A stretch of 35,675 nt of DNA, taken from NCBI GenBank assembly GCA_964352485.1, contig CAYGTG010000001.1, positions 1 through 35,675 of the forward strand. The letters are read 5' to 3'. Made by a program: the position numbers and the translations under genes. Shown here piece after piece: positions 24,061 through 32,958 of the stretch. Positions within the stretch are counted from its first letter, which is position 1. Each line of letters begins with the position of its first letter. The notes under the pieces were generated by a model, which had not been told where the DNA came from, searched no databases, and saw nothing but the letters and a program-made list of their open reading frames with translations. The stretch comes from an uncultured Nannocystaceae bacterium. Its GTDB lineage: Bacteria; Myxococcota_A; Polyangia; Nannocystales; Nannocystaceae.

Positions 24061-25503
24061 ATGGCACCCTTCTTGCTGCTCACGGCGTGCATGAGGTGCA
24101 TCCAAGGAAGTGTGGCGTCGATCGTCGTCATCGTCGGGCTGGGCTGCAACGCCTCGACGCCGCCGGGCGATGCGGAGACCGGAGACGCCTCGGCCGGAGG
24201 TCGAACAACCGGTGGCATGGAGACATCGACCTCGGCGGCAGGTTCGGCCGAGGCCGGTCCTTCCACGGACCAGAGCACGGACTCGAGTGGCTCGTCGACC
24301 GGGACGAGCGGCGATCCCACAACACGAGGCACCACCGGCGCCACGGGCCCCGACGCCGAATCCTCGTCCGGCTCGACGGGCGGTGAGGTCGATTGTCCGG
24401 GCCTGGATGCGTTCGACTGTGCTCCGTGTGACCTGGTGGTACCCGATGACGCGCCTACAATTTCAGACGCAATCCTCGACAGCTCTGCGCCCGGATTGGT
24501 CTGCGTTCGCGCGGGGGACTACGAGGAGTCGATCACCCTACGCCCCCACGTTTCGGTGCGCGGCGTCGGTCCGCAGACGCGCATCATCGGTCAGGTCTCG
24601 CTCGTCGACCTGCCCGATCCCGACCCCACGCCCACGGTGGTCTCGGATCTGACGGTGGGAAATTCCTATGGCGGATTCCTGAGCTGCCCGCCAAACAACC
24701 AGATTTGCAATGGCAACAACGCCGACAACTACGGCCTGACGATCGCGCTGACCATCGAGCGTACGATCATCGAACCCGTGCCCGGAATCGGCACCACCTA
24801 CTGCCTCTGGTACACGCCCTTTGGTGGAAGCACGAACCTCACCGTCCGTGACAGCGAGTGTCACTCCAACGACGGGCTGAGGCTCGTTCCTCGTGCGAAC
24901 CAGCCCGAGACGATCTCGATCGACATCCTCATCGAGCGCAACGTCATCACGCCGGGGGTGCACGATTGGATCGGTGGTCCGGTCGACGTCTTGCCGGAGC
25001 TCGACCTCGCGACGGAGGACTCCCACTACGACGTCACGATTCGCAACAACTCGATGGAGAGGACGTGGGGGCCGGCCTTCTACATCACGACCTCGCCTGC
25101 GTGGCCGAGCGACGCCTCGATCACCCTCGCCCACAACACCGCAGCCGACGCGACTGGGTTGAGCATCATTCCGGCCGCCATCTGGCACGATGGACCCGAC
25201 AGCGGCGGCCCTCCTCTGCACGTCGCCAACAACCTCTTCCACGAGTATGAAGCGCTGCTGGAGGGGGTCCCGTTGCAGACCGAGATCGGGAACCTGCTGG
25301 TCGAGGGTGCGTTCCCCTTCGTCTCCATCGAGGATGGAGACTTCCACCTGCTGGATGGGGCGGGAGCGATCGATGCCGGCGCCCCCGGGTTTGCGGATGA
25401 CGACTTCGATGGGGATTTGCGGCCGCTGGACGGAGATGGGGATGGCTCGGCGGTCGCCGACATCGGGTTCGACGAATACGATCCCGACGAACCCGAGGGA
25501 TAG
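24061..25503 (+). CDS. Lipoprotein with a right-handed parallel beta-helix region
   Basis: The ATG at 24061 gives 480 aa. It has a lipobox (VGLGCNAS) and a Ser/Thr/Gly linker. Beta-helix-like repeats include IRNNSMERTWGPAFYIT and LAHNTAAD. The C-terminus is DDDFDGDLRPLDGDGDGSAVADIGFDEY. The upstream 273 codons of the track ORF overlap real genes in other frames. Confidence 0.8.
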   Translation: MAPFLLLTACMRCIQGSVASIVVIVGLGCNASTPPGDAETGDASAGGRTTGGMETSTSAAGSAEAGPSTDQSTDSSGSSTGTSGDPTTRGTTGATGPDAESSSGSTGGEVDCPGLDAFDCAPCDLVVPDDAPTISDAILDSSAPGLVCVRAGDYEESITLRPHVSVRGVGPQTRIIGQVSLVDLPDPDPTPTVVSDLTVGNSYGGFLSCPPNNQICNGNNADNYGLTIALTIERTIIEPVPGIGTTYCLWYTPFGGSTNLTVRDSECHSNDGLRLVPRANQPETISIDILIERNVITPGVHDWIGGPVDVLPELDLATEDSHYDVTIRNNSMERTWGPAFYITTSPAWPSDASITLAHNTAADATGLSIIPAAIWHDGPDSGGPPLHVANNLFHEYEALLEGVPLQTEIGNLLVEGAFPFVSIEDGDFHLLDGAGAIDAGAPGFADDDFDGDLRPLDGDGDGSAVADIGFDEYDPDEPEG

Positions 25504-25534
25504 CAAAAAACATCCCGCGTGGAACGCCTCTGCG

Positions 25535-26575
25535 TTACCCCTTCTTGGGATACGGACGCAGCCCGAGCAGCATCTCCGACTTTTCGGTGAGCGGCTGGGC
25601 AAGCCACGCAGGGTCCGTGTCCGCCTCGAGTTCCTTGACGACCAGGGCGTAGACATCTTCGCGGCTCTGGCTCGCGTCGATCTCGACCACCTTGCCAAGG
25701 CTCTTGAAGAGCTCCAGCGTGGGAAGGGTCTCCGCCTTGAAGGTGTCAAAGCGCAGCTTGAGGCTCTCGACGTTGTCATCGACGCGGCCGGAGTACTTGC
25801 TGCGCCCCAGGATTCGCTTCTCGAGCACGTCGTACGGGCACTCGAAGTACAGCATCTGTGGCAGCTCGGCTTCGCGTCCGTAGACCTCGTACCACCCTTC
25901 GAGGTTGTCCAACGAGCGCGGAAAACCGTCGACCAGGAAGTTGAGTTTTCCCGTCGCCCGCATGGCCGCCTCGATCGCGTTCTTGAGCAGCCCAACGGAG
26001 ACCTCTCGGGGCACGAGCCGTCCCGCCGCGATGGTTTCCTTGATCAGGGCCGACGTGGAGCCGCCCGCCTCCCGTTCGGCCCGCAAGAGGGTGCCCACCG
26101 ACAGGTGAACCCAGCCGAGCTGCGCTTCGGCAAGCTCGCACATCGTCCCCTTCCCGCTGCCCGGACCTCCCAGCACAAAGATGACGTTGGGCTTGGGCAA
26201 CGGCTCCCTTGGGTCGAAGTGATGCAGGACAACCTTGGGTGCTGGAGCGACGCCCTTCTTGTACACGTGCCACTCGCGCTCGGTGGGCGGCATGTCGTCG
26301 TCGCTGGTGATGTCGTAGGCCAGGTGCCCATCGAGCCGACAGATGCGCCACGACTTGTAGCTGTTGGAGTACGACAGCGCAGGACTCCGCTCGGACTTTC
26401 CATCCGCGCGGTCCCAGGCCATCTTTCCGTTCCAGTAGCCCAGACTCGAGACCGTTCCGGACTCCGATTCGGCCGGCGGCGCGGTCGAGGGGACGAACAG
26501 CCCGTCCACTTCGGGAAGACCCGCGCCGGAGACCTCGATGAAGAACGTGTTCGGTTTGAGATCGCCTTGGTTCAC
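25535..26575 (-). CDS. Eukaryote-type (short-LID) UMP-CMP/adenylate kinase with an N-terminal extension of about 130 aa and unknown function
   Basis: 346 aa. NMP kinase motifs: VIFVLGGPGSGKGTMC, LSVGTLLRAE, LVDGFPR, SGRVDDNVESLKLRFDTF. The N-terminal domain (FFIEVSGAGLPEVDGLF...GYWNGKMAWDR...YKSWRICRLDGHLAY) was not recognised. Confidence 0.88.
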   Translation of the reverse strand: MNQGDLKPNTFFIEVSGAGLPEVDGLFVPSTAPPAESESGTVSSLGYWNGKMAWDRADGKSERSPALSYSNSYKSWRICRLDGHLAYDITSDDDMPPTEREWHVYKKGVAPAPKVVLHHFDPREPLPKPNVIFVLGGPGSGKGTMCELAEAQLGWVHLSVGTLLRAEREAGGSTSALIKETIAAGRLVPREVSVGLLKNAIEAAMRATGKLNFLVDGFPRSLDNLEGWYEVYGREAELPQMLYFECPYDVLEKRILGRSKYSGRVDDNVESLKLRFDTFKAETLPTLELFKSLGKVVEIDASQSREDVYALVVKELEADTDPAWLAQPLTEKSEMLLGLRPYPKKG

Positions 26576-26675
26576 GGTGTCGTCCTTCGTCCGAGTTCGT
26601 GGCCGCGCTGACCGAGCGCGCCCTGGGCGGACCGTAGCTCAAACCGGGCCGGGAAGCTCAGATCACCGAGGGTCC

Positions 26676-27863
26676 ATGCGCCGGGACCGCGAAGAGCCTG
26701 GCGTCTCGCGAATCTGGCATCCTGAGGAGGTGCACCGCTTGCTGCCTCTCGCATCGCTCCTCAGCTGCGCCGTGATCTCAGCCTGTGGCAGCGGCACGGC
26801 GACGAGCGAGACCTCGTCGAGTTCAACCGGCGGGAGCTCGGAGTCGGCCACCGAAGCCTCGAGCAGCTCGACCTCGAACTCGGGCGATGCCGAAGGATCC
26901 ACGACCTCGTCCTCGGAAACCTCTTCCTCCCCGGAGACCTCTTCCTCCTCGGGAACCGCTGCGGAGACCAGCGACACCACCTCTACCGCCGCGTGCGAAG
27001 GGGAGTGCCTGGAGATTCCGCGGGGGTGGCAGGGCCCAGCACTCGTACAACGGGGGAAAACCGCTACGGCCTGCGAGGGGGACTTCGACGTCGAGCTCGC
27101 GCAGGCAAACCGAGGCTTGGTCGCCTCCCCTGCCTCCTGCGGCTGCGAGTGCGGCGACGCCGCGGGCATGGGATCTAGCGACATTCAAACGTTTCGCTAC
27201 GACATTCACGACACCTTCTTCTGCCCGGGAATCCCGACGACGTTTGGCAACGGCACCCTATGCGAGGACGTATTCGGCGGTGCCGGTCCCGGAGGTCTGA
27301 TGCAGCTCGACGTCGAGGATGGGTTCGCACCTCCGGGCAGCTGCGATCCCATCGAGGAGATCGAGCTCGAAGCCGTCGCGTGGGACGAGGTGGTCACGCT
27401 GTGCGGCGGCCTGGCCAGCACCGGATCTTGTGAGCAGCCAAACGAACAGTGCACCCCAGGAGAACCCGGCCTGCAGAAGTGTGTGTTCCAAGCGGGCGCA
27501 GCCGATTGCAACACGGCCGGCCCCTTCATCGTCCAGCAGGACGATGCCTTCACCGAGTTCACCGACGATCGAAGCTGCACGCAGTGCGCGTGTACACAAC
27601 CAACCGGCGGCTGCCAGATCGAGTCGGTCGAGTTCTTCGACGGGTTCTGCTCTCCGATCAACTCCCTGGGCGAGGTGAGCGTGAACGCCGATGACGCGTG
27701 CCTCGAGGTCCCCGACGTGAACATCGAGCAGTTCCGGGTCACGCAAATGCTGCTGCCACCGGCTGGCTCTGTCACCTGTGACGCAACCGGCGGCACACCG
27801 AGCGGAGCTGCCTTGCCGCAGGATCCCATCACAATCTGCTGCCTCCCCCCTGTCGCTCAGTAG
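26676..27863 (+). CDS. Cys-rich secreted lipoprotein with a Ser/Thr-rich linker
   Basis: The ATG is at 26676, with an alternative GTG at 26730 giving MHRLLPLASLLSCAVISACG. It has a lipobox (VISAC), a long S/T/E linker, and two similar Cys-rich halves (SCGCECGDAAG... and SCTQCACTQPTGGC...). Confidence 0.7.
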   Translation: MRRDREEPGVSRIWHPEEVHRLLPLASLLSCAVISACGSGTATSETSSSSTGGSSESATEASSSSTSNSGDAEGSTTSSSETSSSPETSSSSGTAAETSDTTSTAACEGECLEIPRGWQGPALVQRGKTATACEGDFDVELAQANRGLVASPASCGCECGDAAGMGSSDIQTFRYDIHDTFFCPGIPTTFGNGTLCEDVFGGAGPGGLMQLDVEDGFAPPGSCDPIEEIELEAVAWDEVVTLCGGLASTGSCEQPNEQCTPGEPGLQKCVFQAGAADCNTAGPFIVQQDDAFTEFTDDRSCTQCACTQPTGGCQIESVEFFDGFCSPINSLGEVSVNADDACLEVPDVNIEQFRVTQMLLPPAGSVTCDATGGTPSGAALPQDPITICCLPPVAQ

Positions 27864-27893
27864 TCGGCGCCTTGCGTCGGCTATGATGAGGGC

Positions 27894-28364
27894 ATGCAGA
27901 CGGCGCGGATCCCCCTGGCCATCCTGATCGCGCTCGGGATGGCCAGCGCTAGCGCGTGCAAGGTGACAGCCCCACCCTGCCTCAACGCTCCGCCTCCAGA
28001 GTACTACGAAGAAGCCGACAACCCTCCGCCTCCAGAGTACGACGAGGAAGCCGACCCACAGAGACTCGACGTGGGGACCGACCCCGAATTGGGGCCGTGC
28101 CTCTCACCGCTTCCTACCGACGACCCGTCCATCGGTCCATGCCTGGATGTCGCCCTGCCAGACGAGCCACCGATGACGCCGTGCTTGATGGTTGTCGCAC
28201 CGCCTGAGAATGAGCCCGAGCCGCACGGCGATCGGCGCAGTGAACCCCTCCGGACCAAACCTCCCAAGGCCGGAGATGTCACATCCCGCGCGGAAGTCCT
28301 TGAGCAGCTCGCCGACTCCCTGCCCCCGGACGTCCTCGCGAAGCTCCGCAAGCGCAAGGAGTGA
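27894..28364 (+). CDS. Pro-rich lipoprotein with four PCL-centred repeats
   Basis: 156 aa. Signal peptide plus lipobox: MQTARIPLAILIALGMASASAC. It has a duplicated PPPEY(Y/D)EEAD and the repeats PPCLNAPPPE, GPCLSPLPTDDP, GPCLDVALPDEPP and TPCLMVVAPPENEP. An SD-like gaggg precedes the ATG. Confidence 0.7.
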   Translation: MQTARIPLAILIALGMASASACKVTAPPCLNAPPPEYYEEADNPPPPEYDEEADPQRLDVGTDPELGPCLSPLPTDDPSIGPCLDVALPDEPPMTPCLMVVAPPENEPEPHGDRRSEPLRTKPPKAGDVTSRAEVLEQLADSLPPDVLAKLRKRKE

Positions 28365-28942
28365 CTGATACCCTGCAAGGGATGCTCGGCGGCGCACCGG
28401 ACGATTTCGCGCTCCTGGACGCCTGGACCGACGGGGATGACAAGGCCGGCGACGCGCTGCTGCGTCGGCACTTTGCCTCTTTGTTTCGCTTCTTCTCCAG
28501 TAAGGTCGACGAAGGCGCCGAAGACCTGGTCCAGACCACGTTGATGCGCTGCATCGAGAGTCGCGATCGCTTCGGCAAGCGCTCTTCGTTTCGCACGTAC
28601 CTGTTCACGGTCGCGCGCAACACGTTCATCGACCAACTCCGCAAGCGACTGCGGACCCCCGACGCCCTCGACTTCGCGGAGGTGTCGCTGGTCGATGTCC
28701 GGACCTCACCGAGTGCCGCTGCGGCCCGCGATCAGGAACACGCCGCACTCATCGCAGCGCTCCGCGCCCTTCCGCTGGAGATTCAGATCGCGGTCGAGCT
28801 GACCTATTGGGAGGGGCTCAACGCCGTCGAGGTGGCGGAGGTCTCGGGGGTGACCCCAAGTTCGGTCCGGAGCCGTCTGACCCGCGCCCGCCAAGCCCTA
28901 CGCACGTTGTTGCCCGGGATCACAGGCGCCGAGCCCGGCTGA
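28361..28942 (+). CDS. ECF sigma factor
   Basis: 193 aa. The GTG start overlaps the upstream stop (GTGA), with an alternative ATG at 28382. Region 2: DLVQTTLMRCIESRDRF...FRTYLFTVARNTFIDQLRK. Region 4: IAVELTYWEGLNAVEVAEVSGVTPSSVRSRLTRARQAL. Confidence 0.85.
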   Translation: MTDTLQGMLGGAPDDFALLDAWTDGDDKAGDALLRRHFASLFRFFSSKVDEGAEDLVQTTLMRCIESRDRFGKRSSFRTYLFTVARNTFIDQLRKRLRTPDALDFAEVSLVDVRTSPSAAAARDQEHAALIAALRALPLEIQIAVELTYWEGLNAVEVAEVSGVTPSSVRSRLTRARQALRTLLPGITGAEPG

Positions 28943-29002
28943 GCCGTCCCAAAGAAAGACTTCGCAGCACTTGGAGGGGGCCTGTCGTCTACCAACCCCG
29001 AG

Positions 29003-29554
29003 ATGCAGAGACGACACAACGCAAGCGCATGGATGACGGCCTCGGCTCTGGCGCTGACCGCCGGACTGCTGGGTCTGCCAGGCTGCGATGCTGAGGACGA
29101 CGACAACGTCCCTACGGCGACCTCGCAGGGCCCGGCTGATGAGGGGTCAACGGGTTTCCAAACCGAGGACAACGACGACGAATCGACCGCGGCTGACGAC
29201 GACAGCGCAACAACCGGCGCGGGATCGAGCGCTGGCTCGGGTGACGACGACCCAGCACCCGGCTCCGATGGCGATCCGTCGACGACCGGGGTTGGCACCG
29301 GGGATGCGGGTGACACCGGTGACATGGGCGACACCGGCGACATCGGCGAAACGAGCGGCGGCGAGGACGTCTGCGAGGGCCTCTCCAATCCGGCGTGCGC
29401 CGCGAATGAGGACTGCTTCTGGCAGGTGACCGCCCAGGATGGGGAGACGACCGAGCAGTGCGTCTCCGATCCCTGTCCTGCGCTCCCCCAGCTCGCCTGC
29501 GATCTCCAGCCACAATGTGCCTTCGACCCCGTCCTCGGCTGTACGGGCGCATGA
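29003..29554 (+). CDS. Acidic lipoprotein with a Cys-rich C-terminus
   Basis: 183 aa. It has a lipobox (LLGLPGCD), an Asp/Gly/Ser/Thr low-complexity region (GDTGDMGDTGDIGE), and the C-terminus CEGLSNPACAANEDCFWQ...CVSDPCPALPQLACDLQPQCAFDPVLGC. Confidence 0.7.
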   Translation: MQRRHNASAWMTASALALTAGLLGLPGCDAEDDDNVPTATSQGPADEGSTGFQTEDNDDESTAADDDSATTGAGSSAGSGDDDPAPGSDGDPSTTGVGTGDAGDTGDMGDTGDIGETSGGEDVCEGLSNPACAANEDCFWQVTAQDGETTEQCVSDPCPALPQLACDLQPQCAFDPVLGCTGA

Positions 29555-29642
29555 GCGCAGGCCAAACGCCCTCGCGAGGTTCGACAAGATCGGAGAGAAT
29601 CGTTTGAACGTGGAAGACGCCGAAACAACCGTCGCGGAGGTG

Positions 29643-32210
29643 ATGGACGCCCATCGCGTCCCCGGCGAGATGGACGCGGCGTTGGCAAGAGTCCGCGAGC
29701 GCATGTTCGCCTCCCAGGTCGTGGCCGGGCACGCCGTGGGCCGCTACGTACTGATCGACAAGATCGGCGAGGGCGGCATGGGCTCGGTCGTGCGGGCCTA
29801 CGATCCCCGACTGCAGCGAGAGGTGGCCCTCAAGCGGCTGCGCTCGTCTCGCAACGCAGATCTGCGGGGCCGTCTGCTGCGAGAGGCCCGGGCGATGGCG
29901 AAGCTGCACCACCCCAACGTCGTGACGGTCCACGACGTCGAGCTGATCGACGACGAGTTGGTGATCGCGATGGAGTACGTTCGCGGGATCGATCTGCAGC
30001 GCTGGCTGAGAGAAACGCGGACACCCGAGGAGATTCTGGGCGCCTTCGTGCAAGCAGGACGGGGTCTCGGAGCCGCACACGCTGCCGACCTCGTCCACCG
30101 CGACTTCAAGCCGGCCAACGCCCTCGTCGATGAAGCCGGACGCGTACAGGTCACCGACTTTGGCCTGGTCCGGGACGCACGCGAGGACACGCCGGCGACC
30201 CCTTCGGCGAGCGGGGCGACCGACCCGACCCTCGATGGGCTGCGCGTGGATCAGACGTCGGCAGACATCGCGCTGGGCACCCCGCGATACATGGCTCCCG
30301 AGCAGGAGAGTGGCGGAGCCGTCGACCGCCGCGCCGACATCTACGCCTTCTGCGTCGCGCTGTGGGAGGCGCTGGCCGGCGCTCCCCCGTTTCACCAGAA
30401 GACCTTGTCCGAGCTGCGATTCGCGAAGCTCGCTGCATCGCCGCGCTGGCCGAAGACAGTCCCGGTCCGCCCCGAGATACTCCGGGCGCTGGAACGGGGG
30501 CTCAAGCCAAGTCCGTCGGCACGGTGGCCGACGATGGCGGCACTGCTTTCCGCGATCGAGTCTCAGCCGAAGATGAACCGGCGTTGGTGGCTCACGCTCC
30601 CCATCGCCGCCGCCGTGACGGTCTCCGCGGTCGCGGCGGTCGCGGCCTCTCGCTCGTCATCCTCGCACATGGGCTCGGATGACGAGGGGCTGTCCTGGAC
30701 CGAGGAACGTCCCCTCGTCGCGCAACGGCTCGCCGATCTCGACGGCGCTTTCGCAGAAGATGTCGCAACCCGGGCGCTCGCGAAGCTCGACGGATTCGTC
30801 GACGGCTGGAATTCCCAGCGCGCTGTCGCGTGTGGTGCCGATCGAGACCACGAAGAACGCGAACTCGAGCTTGCGTGCCTGCAGATAGGGCGTGCCCGCT
30901 TGGAGTCCGTGGTCGAAGTTCTGACCACGATCAGTTCGACGGAAGTCCTCAACACGCACCGACTCCTCTCGCGGTTGCCCGACCTTTCGAGCTGCTCGAA
31001 TCGGGACTCCAGCCTCGCCCTCGAGTCACGCGACAGCCCGGAGGTCGGGGTGATCAGGCGAATGCTTGCGACCGCGTCTGACCTCGGCGCGATCGGACGG
31101 CACGCAGAGGCGCTCACGGAGGTGGAGGCTGCAGTGAACGCCGCGCACTCCGCTGGGCTCGAGGCCTTGTGGCTCGAAAGCCGGATCCAAGTCGGAGGGA
31201 TCTACATGCGTCAGCAACGCATCGAGGAGGCCATCGAACTCCTCCGAGAGGCCCTCTCCGTCGCACTCCAGCGCGGCGAGGATCGTTTGGTCGCGAGGGC
31301 AGCCTCGCTGCTGGGAAGCCTGCTTGCCGCCCGGGGCTCGCGTGCTGGTGAGGGAGTCACGCTGACCCAACTCGCGCTCGACATGTCAGCACGAACACAG
31401 GACAGCGCGAGCTGGACGGCAGCCATTCACACGAACGCTTCAATCGCATTGTCGACCGCCGGGCACCCTGACAAGGCCGTGGATGTCGGCCTACAAGCCG
31501 TACGACTCAGCCTCGAAGGAGGCCGCGAAAACACCCTGCAGCATGCGGAGCTCCTGCATTTCTCCGCAGTGTCGCTCTGCCAGGCAGGACGACATGACGA
31601 AGGGCTCGACTCCGTGAATGACGCTGTGGCTCGAACGCGAGAACAGCTCGGCGATCTTCATCCCTCGCTTGGTGGTCCGCTCGTCACCCGCGGATCGTGC
31701 AGAATGAACGTGGACGATGTCGAGGGCGGAATCGCAGACTACCGAGAGGCCCTCGCGCTGTTCGAGGCAGCATACGGACCCGACGACTCGCGAGTTGGCG
31801 TAGCGCTCGACAACCTTGGGCTCACGCTCGCTCAAAATGGAGACCCGTTCGAGGCTGAGCGCCTGATGAGACGCAGCTTGGCCATCAAGACCCAGCTCTA
31901 TGACGAGCACCACCTCCAGATCACCTATGCCCAGGAGGGTCTCGCCTACGCACTACGCTACCAAGGCCGCTTCCGGGAAGCCGAAGCCCTGTTCGAGGCC
32001 TCGGCACGGACAAAAATCGCAAACATCGGTCGAGAGACCGTGCCCGTACTCCACTCACACATCGGCCTCGCGATCGTCGCGATCGACCTCGGCCGCGTGG
32101 AGCGAGCCGTTGAGCTCCTCGATGAGGCGGACCGCATCGCCGACGCCACCGTAGAGCCAGACTCCGAGCTCCGGGCGAGGATCGACGAGCTCCGGTCCCA
32201 ACTGTACTAA
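29643..32210 (+). CDS. Hanks-type Ser/Thr protein kinase with a TM segment and a TPR-like C-terminal region
   Basis: The ATG is at 29643, with an alternative TTG at 29604 preceded by ggagag. Kinase motifs: GEGGMGSVV, VALKRL, HRDFKPANALV, VTDFGLVR, GTPRYMAPEQ. The TM is WWLTLPIAAAVTVSAVAAVAA, and the tail is TPR-like (NLGLTLAQNGDPFEAERLMRRSLAI...). The upstream part of the track ORF overlaps the preceding lipoprotein gene. Confidence 0.9.
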   Translation: MDAHRVPGEMDAALARVRERMFASQVVAGHAVGRYVLIDKIGEGGMGSVVRAYDPRLQREVALKRLRSSRNADLRGRLLREARAMAKLHHPNVVTVHDVELIDDELVIAMEYVRGIDLQRWLRETRTPEEILGAFVQAGRGLGAAHAADLVHRDFKPANALVDEAGRVQVTDFGLVRDAREDTPATPSASGATDPTLDGLRVDQTSADIALGTPRYMAPEQESGGAVDRRADIYAFCVALWEALAGAPPFHQKTLSELRFAKLAASPRWPKTVPVRPEILRALERGLKPSPSARWPTMAALLSAIESQPKMNRRWWLTLPIAAAVTVSAVAAVAASRSSSSHMGSDDEGLSWTEERPLVAQRLADLDGAFAEDVATRALAKLDGFVDGWNSQRAVACGADRDHEERELELACLQIGRARLESVVEVLTTISSTEVLNTHRLLSRLPDLSSCSNRDSSLALESRDSPEVGVIRRMLATASDLGAIGRHAEALTEVEAAVNAAHSAGLEALWLESRIQVGGIYMRQQRIEEAIELLREALSVALQRGEDRLVARAASLLGSLLAARGSRAGEGVTLTQLALDMSARTQDSASWTAAIHTNASIALSTAGHPDKAVDVGLQAVRLSLEGGRENTLQHAELLHFSAVSLCQAGRHDEGLDSVNDAVARTREQLGDLHPSLGGPLVTRGSCRMNVDDVEGGIADYREALALFEAAYGPDDSRVGVALDNLGLTLAQNGDPFEAERLMRRSLAIKTQLYDEHHLQITYAQEGLAYALRYQGRFREAEALFEASARTKIANIGRETVPVLHSHIGLAIVAIDLGRVERAVELLDEADRIADATVEPDSELRARIDELRSQLY

Positions 32211-32594
32211 CTGCTCCTCCCAGTGGCCGAACACACTGACATCAGATCAGTGGTCGGGGTCGTGGCGCGATCGAATCGTCGAAGAACTCCGTAAACGGGC
32301 GGTCGGGGGAACAACGAGGCATGCTTGGGGGTTCAAAGATGGGTGAACCACTGGATCGGAGCGCGCGCCCATGCCCCAACGCGCCTGGACGATCCGTTTC
32401 GAGGGGTGAGCCGGGTTGAGCTCCCCCGTCGAGATGCCGTACCTCGTGAGCGGGCCCTGGCAGAAACGACGCTCCCCCCGTGGCCAAAACTCCGTCGCGA
32501 GCGCACGCCACCCCCGGCGCGCTTGCGCCCTACCGCGCCACCTCGTTCGACGAGGACGCCTACGGTCTCCCTGCCGCGGCGCGGGTTTCTCTGG

Positions 32595-32786
32595 ATGACC
32601 CGAGTGATCACGGGCCTGTTGGTCGTCCCCACGCTGTATGCCCTCGCGGTCGTCGCAGGCGGATTCGCAGGCAGCCTCATGGCGCTGAAGCTCCTCAACG
32701 CCTGCCTCTTCGCTGTTGTGGCGCCCTTCCTGTTTCATGTGCTGGCCAGGCTGCTGCGCTGGACCGTCCAAGCGCCGACCGGGTGA
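32595..32786 (+). CDS. Small predicted two-TM membrane protein
   Basis: 63 aa from the ATG at 32595: MTRVITGLLVVPTLYALAVVAGGFAGSLMALKLLNACLFAVVAPFLFHVLARLL. GC3-rich codons appear only from about 32595 in this frame. Confidence 0.35.
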   Translation: MTRVITGLLVVPTLYALAVVAGGFAGSLMALKLLNACLFAVVAPFLFHVLARLLRWTVQAPTG

Positions 32787-32958
32787 AGGCCAGGCCGGAG
32801 ATCTCGCCGAGCACGAAGTTCTCAGGGCCGACGGAAGCTCGGGCGAGACCGGACCGCAGATACCGGTTTTTCATCTTTTTTGGGATCACATCCTGGAGCC
32901 GTCCGCCTACAGCAGCGACCCCGGCATCGCGCCAGGTGAACGGCCCCAAGGCGAACCC

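Noticed and set aside
22997-24067. 356-aa minus ORF, and the 23242-24060 part of the 753-aa plus ORF
   Set aside because: They overlap the HExxH and pentapeptide-repeat genes, whose repeat structure is unambiguous, and read as Arg/Gly/Pro junk.
29112-30395. 427-aa minus ORF, and the 29439-29603 extension of the kinase ORF
   Set aside because: They are antisense to, or overlap, the lipoprotein and kinase genes and contain no motifs.
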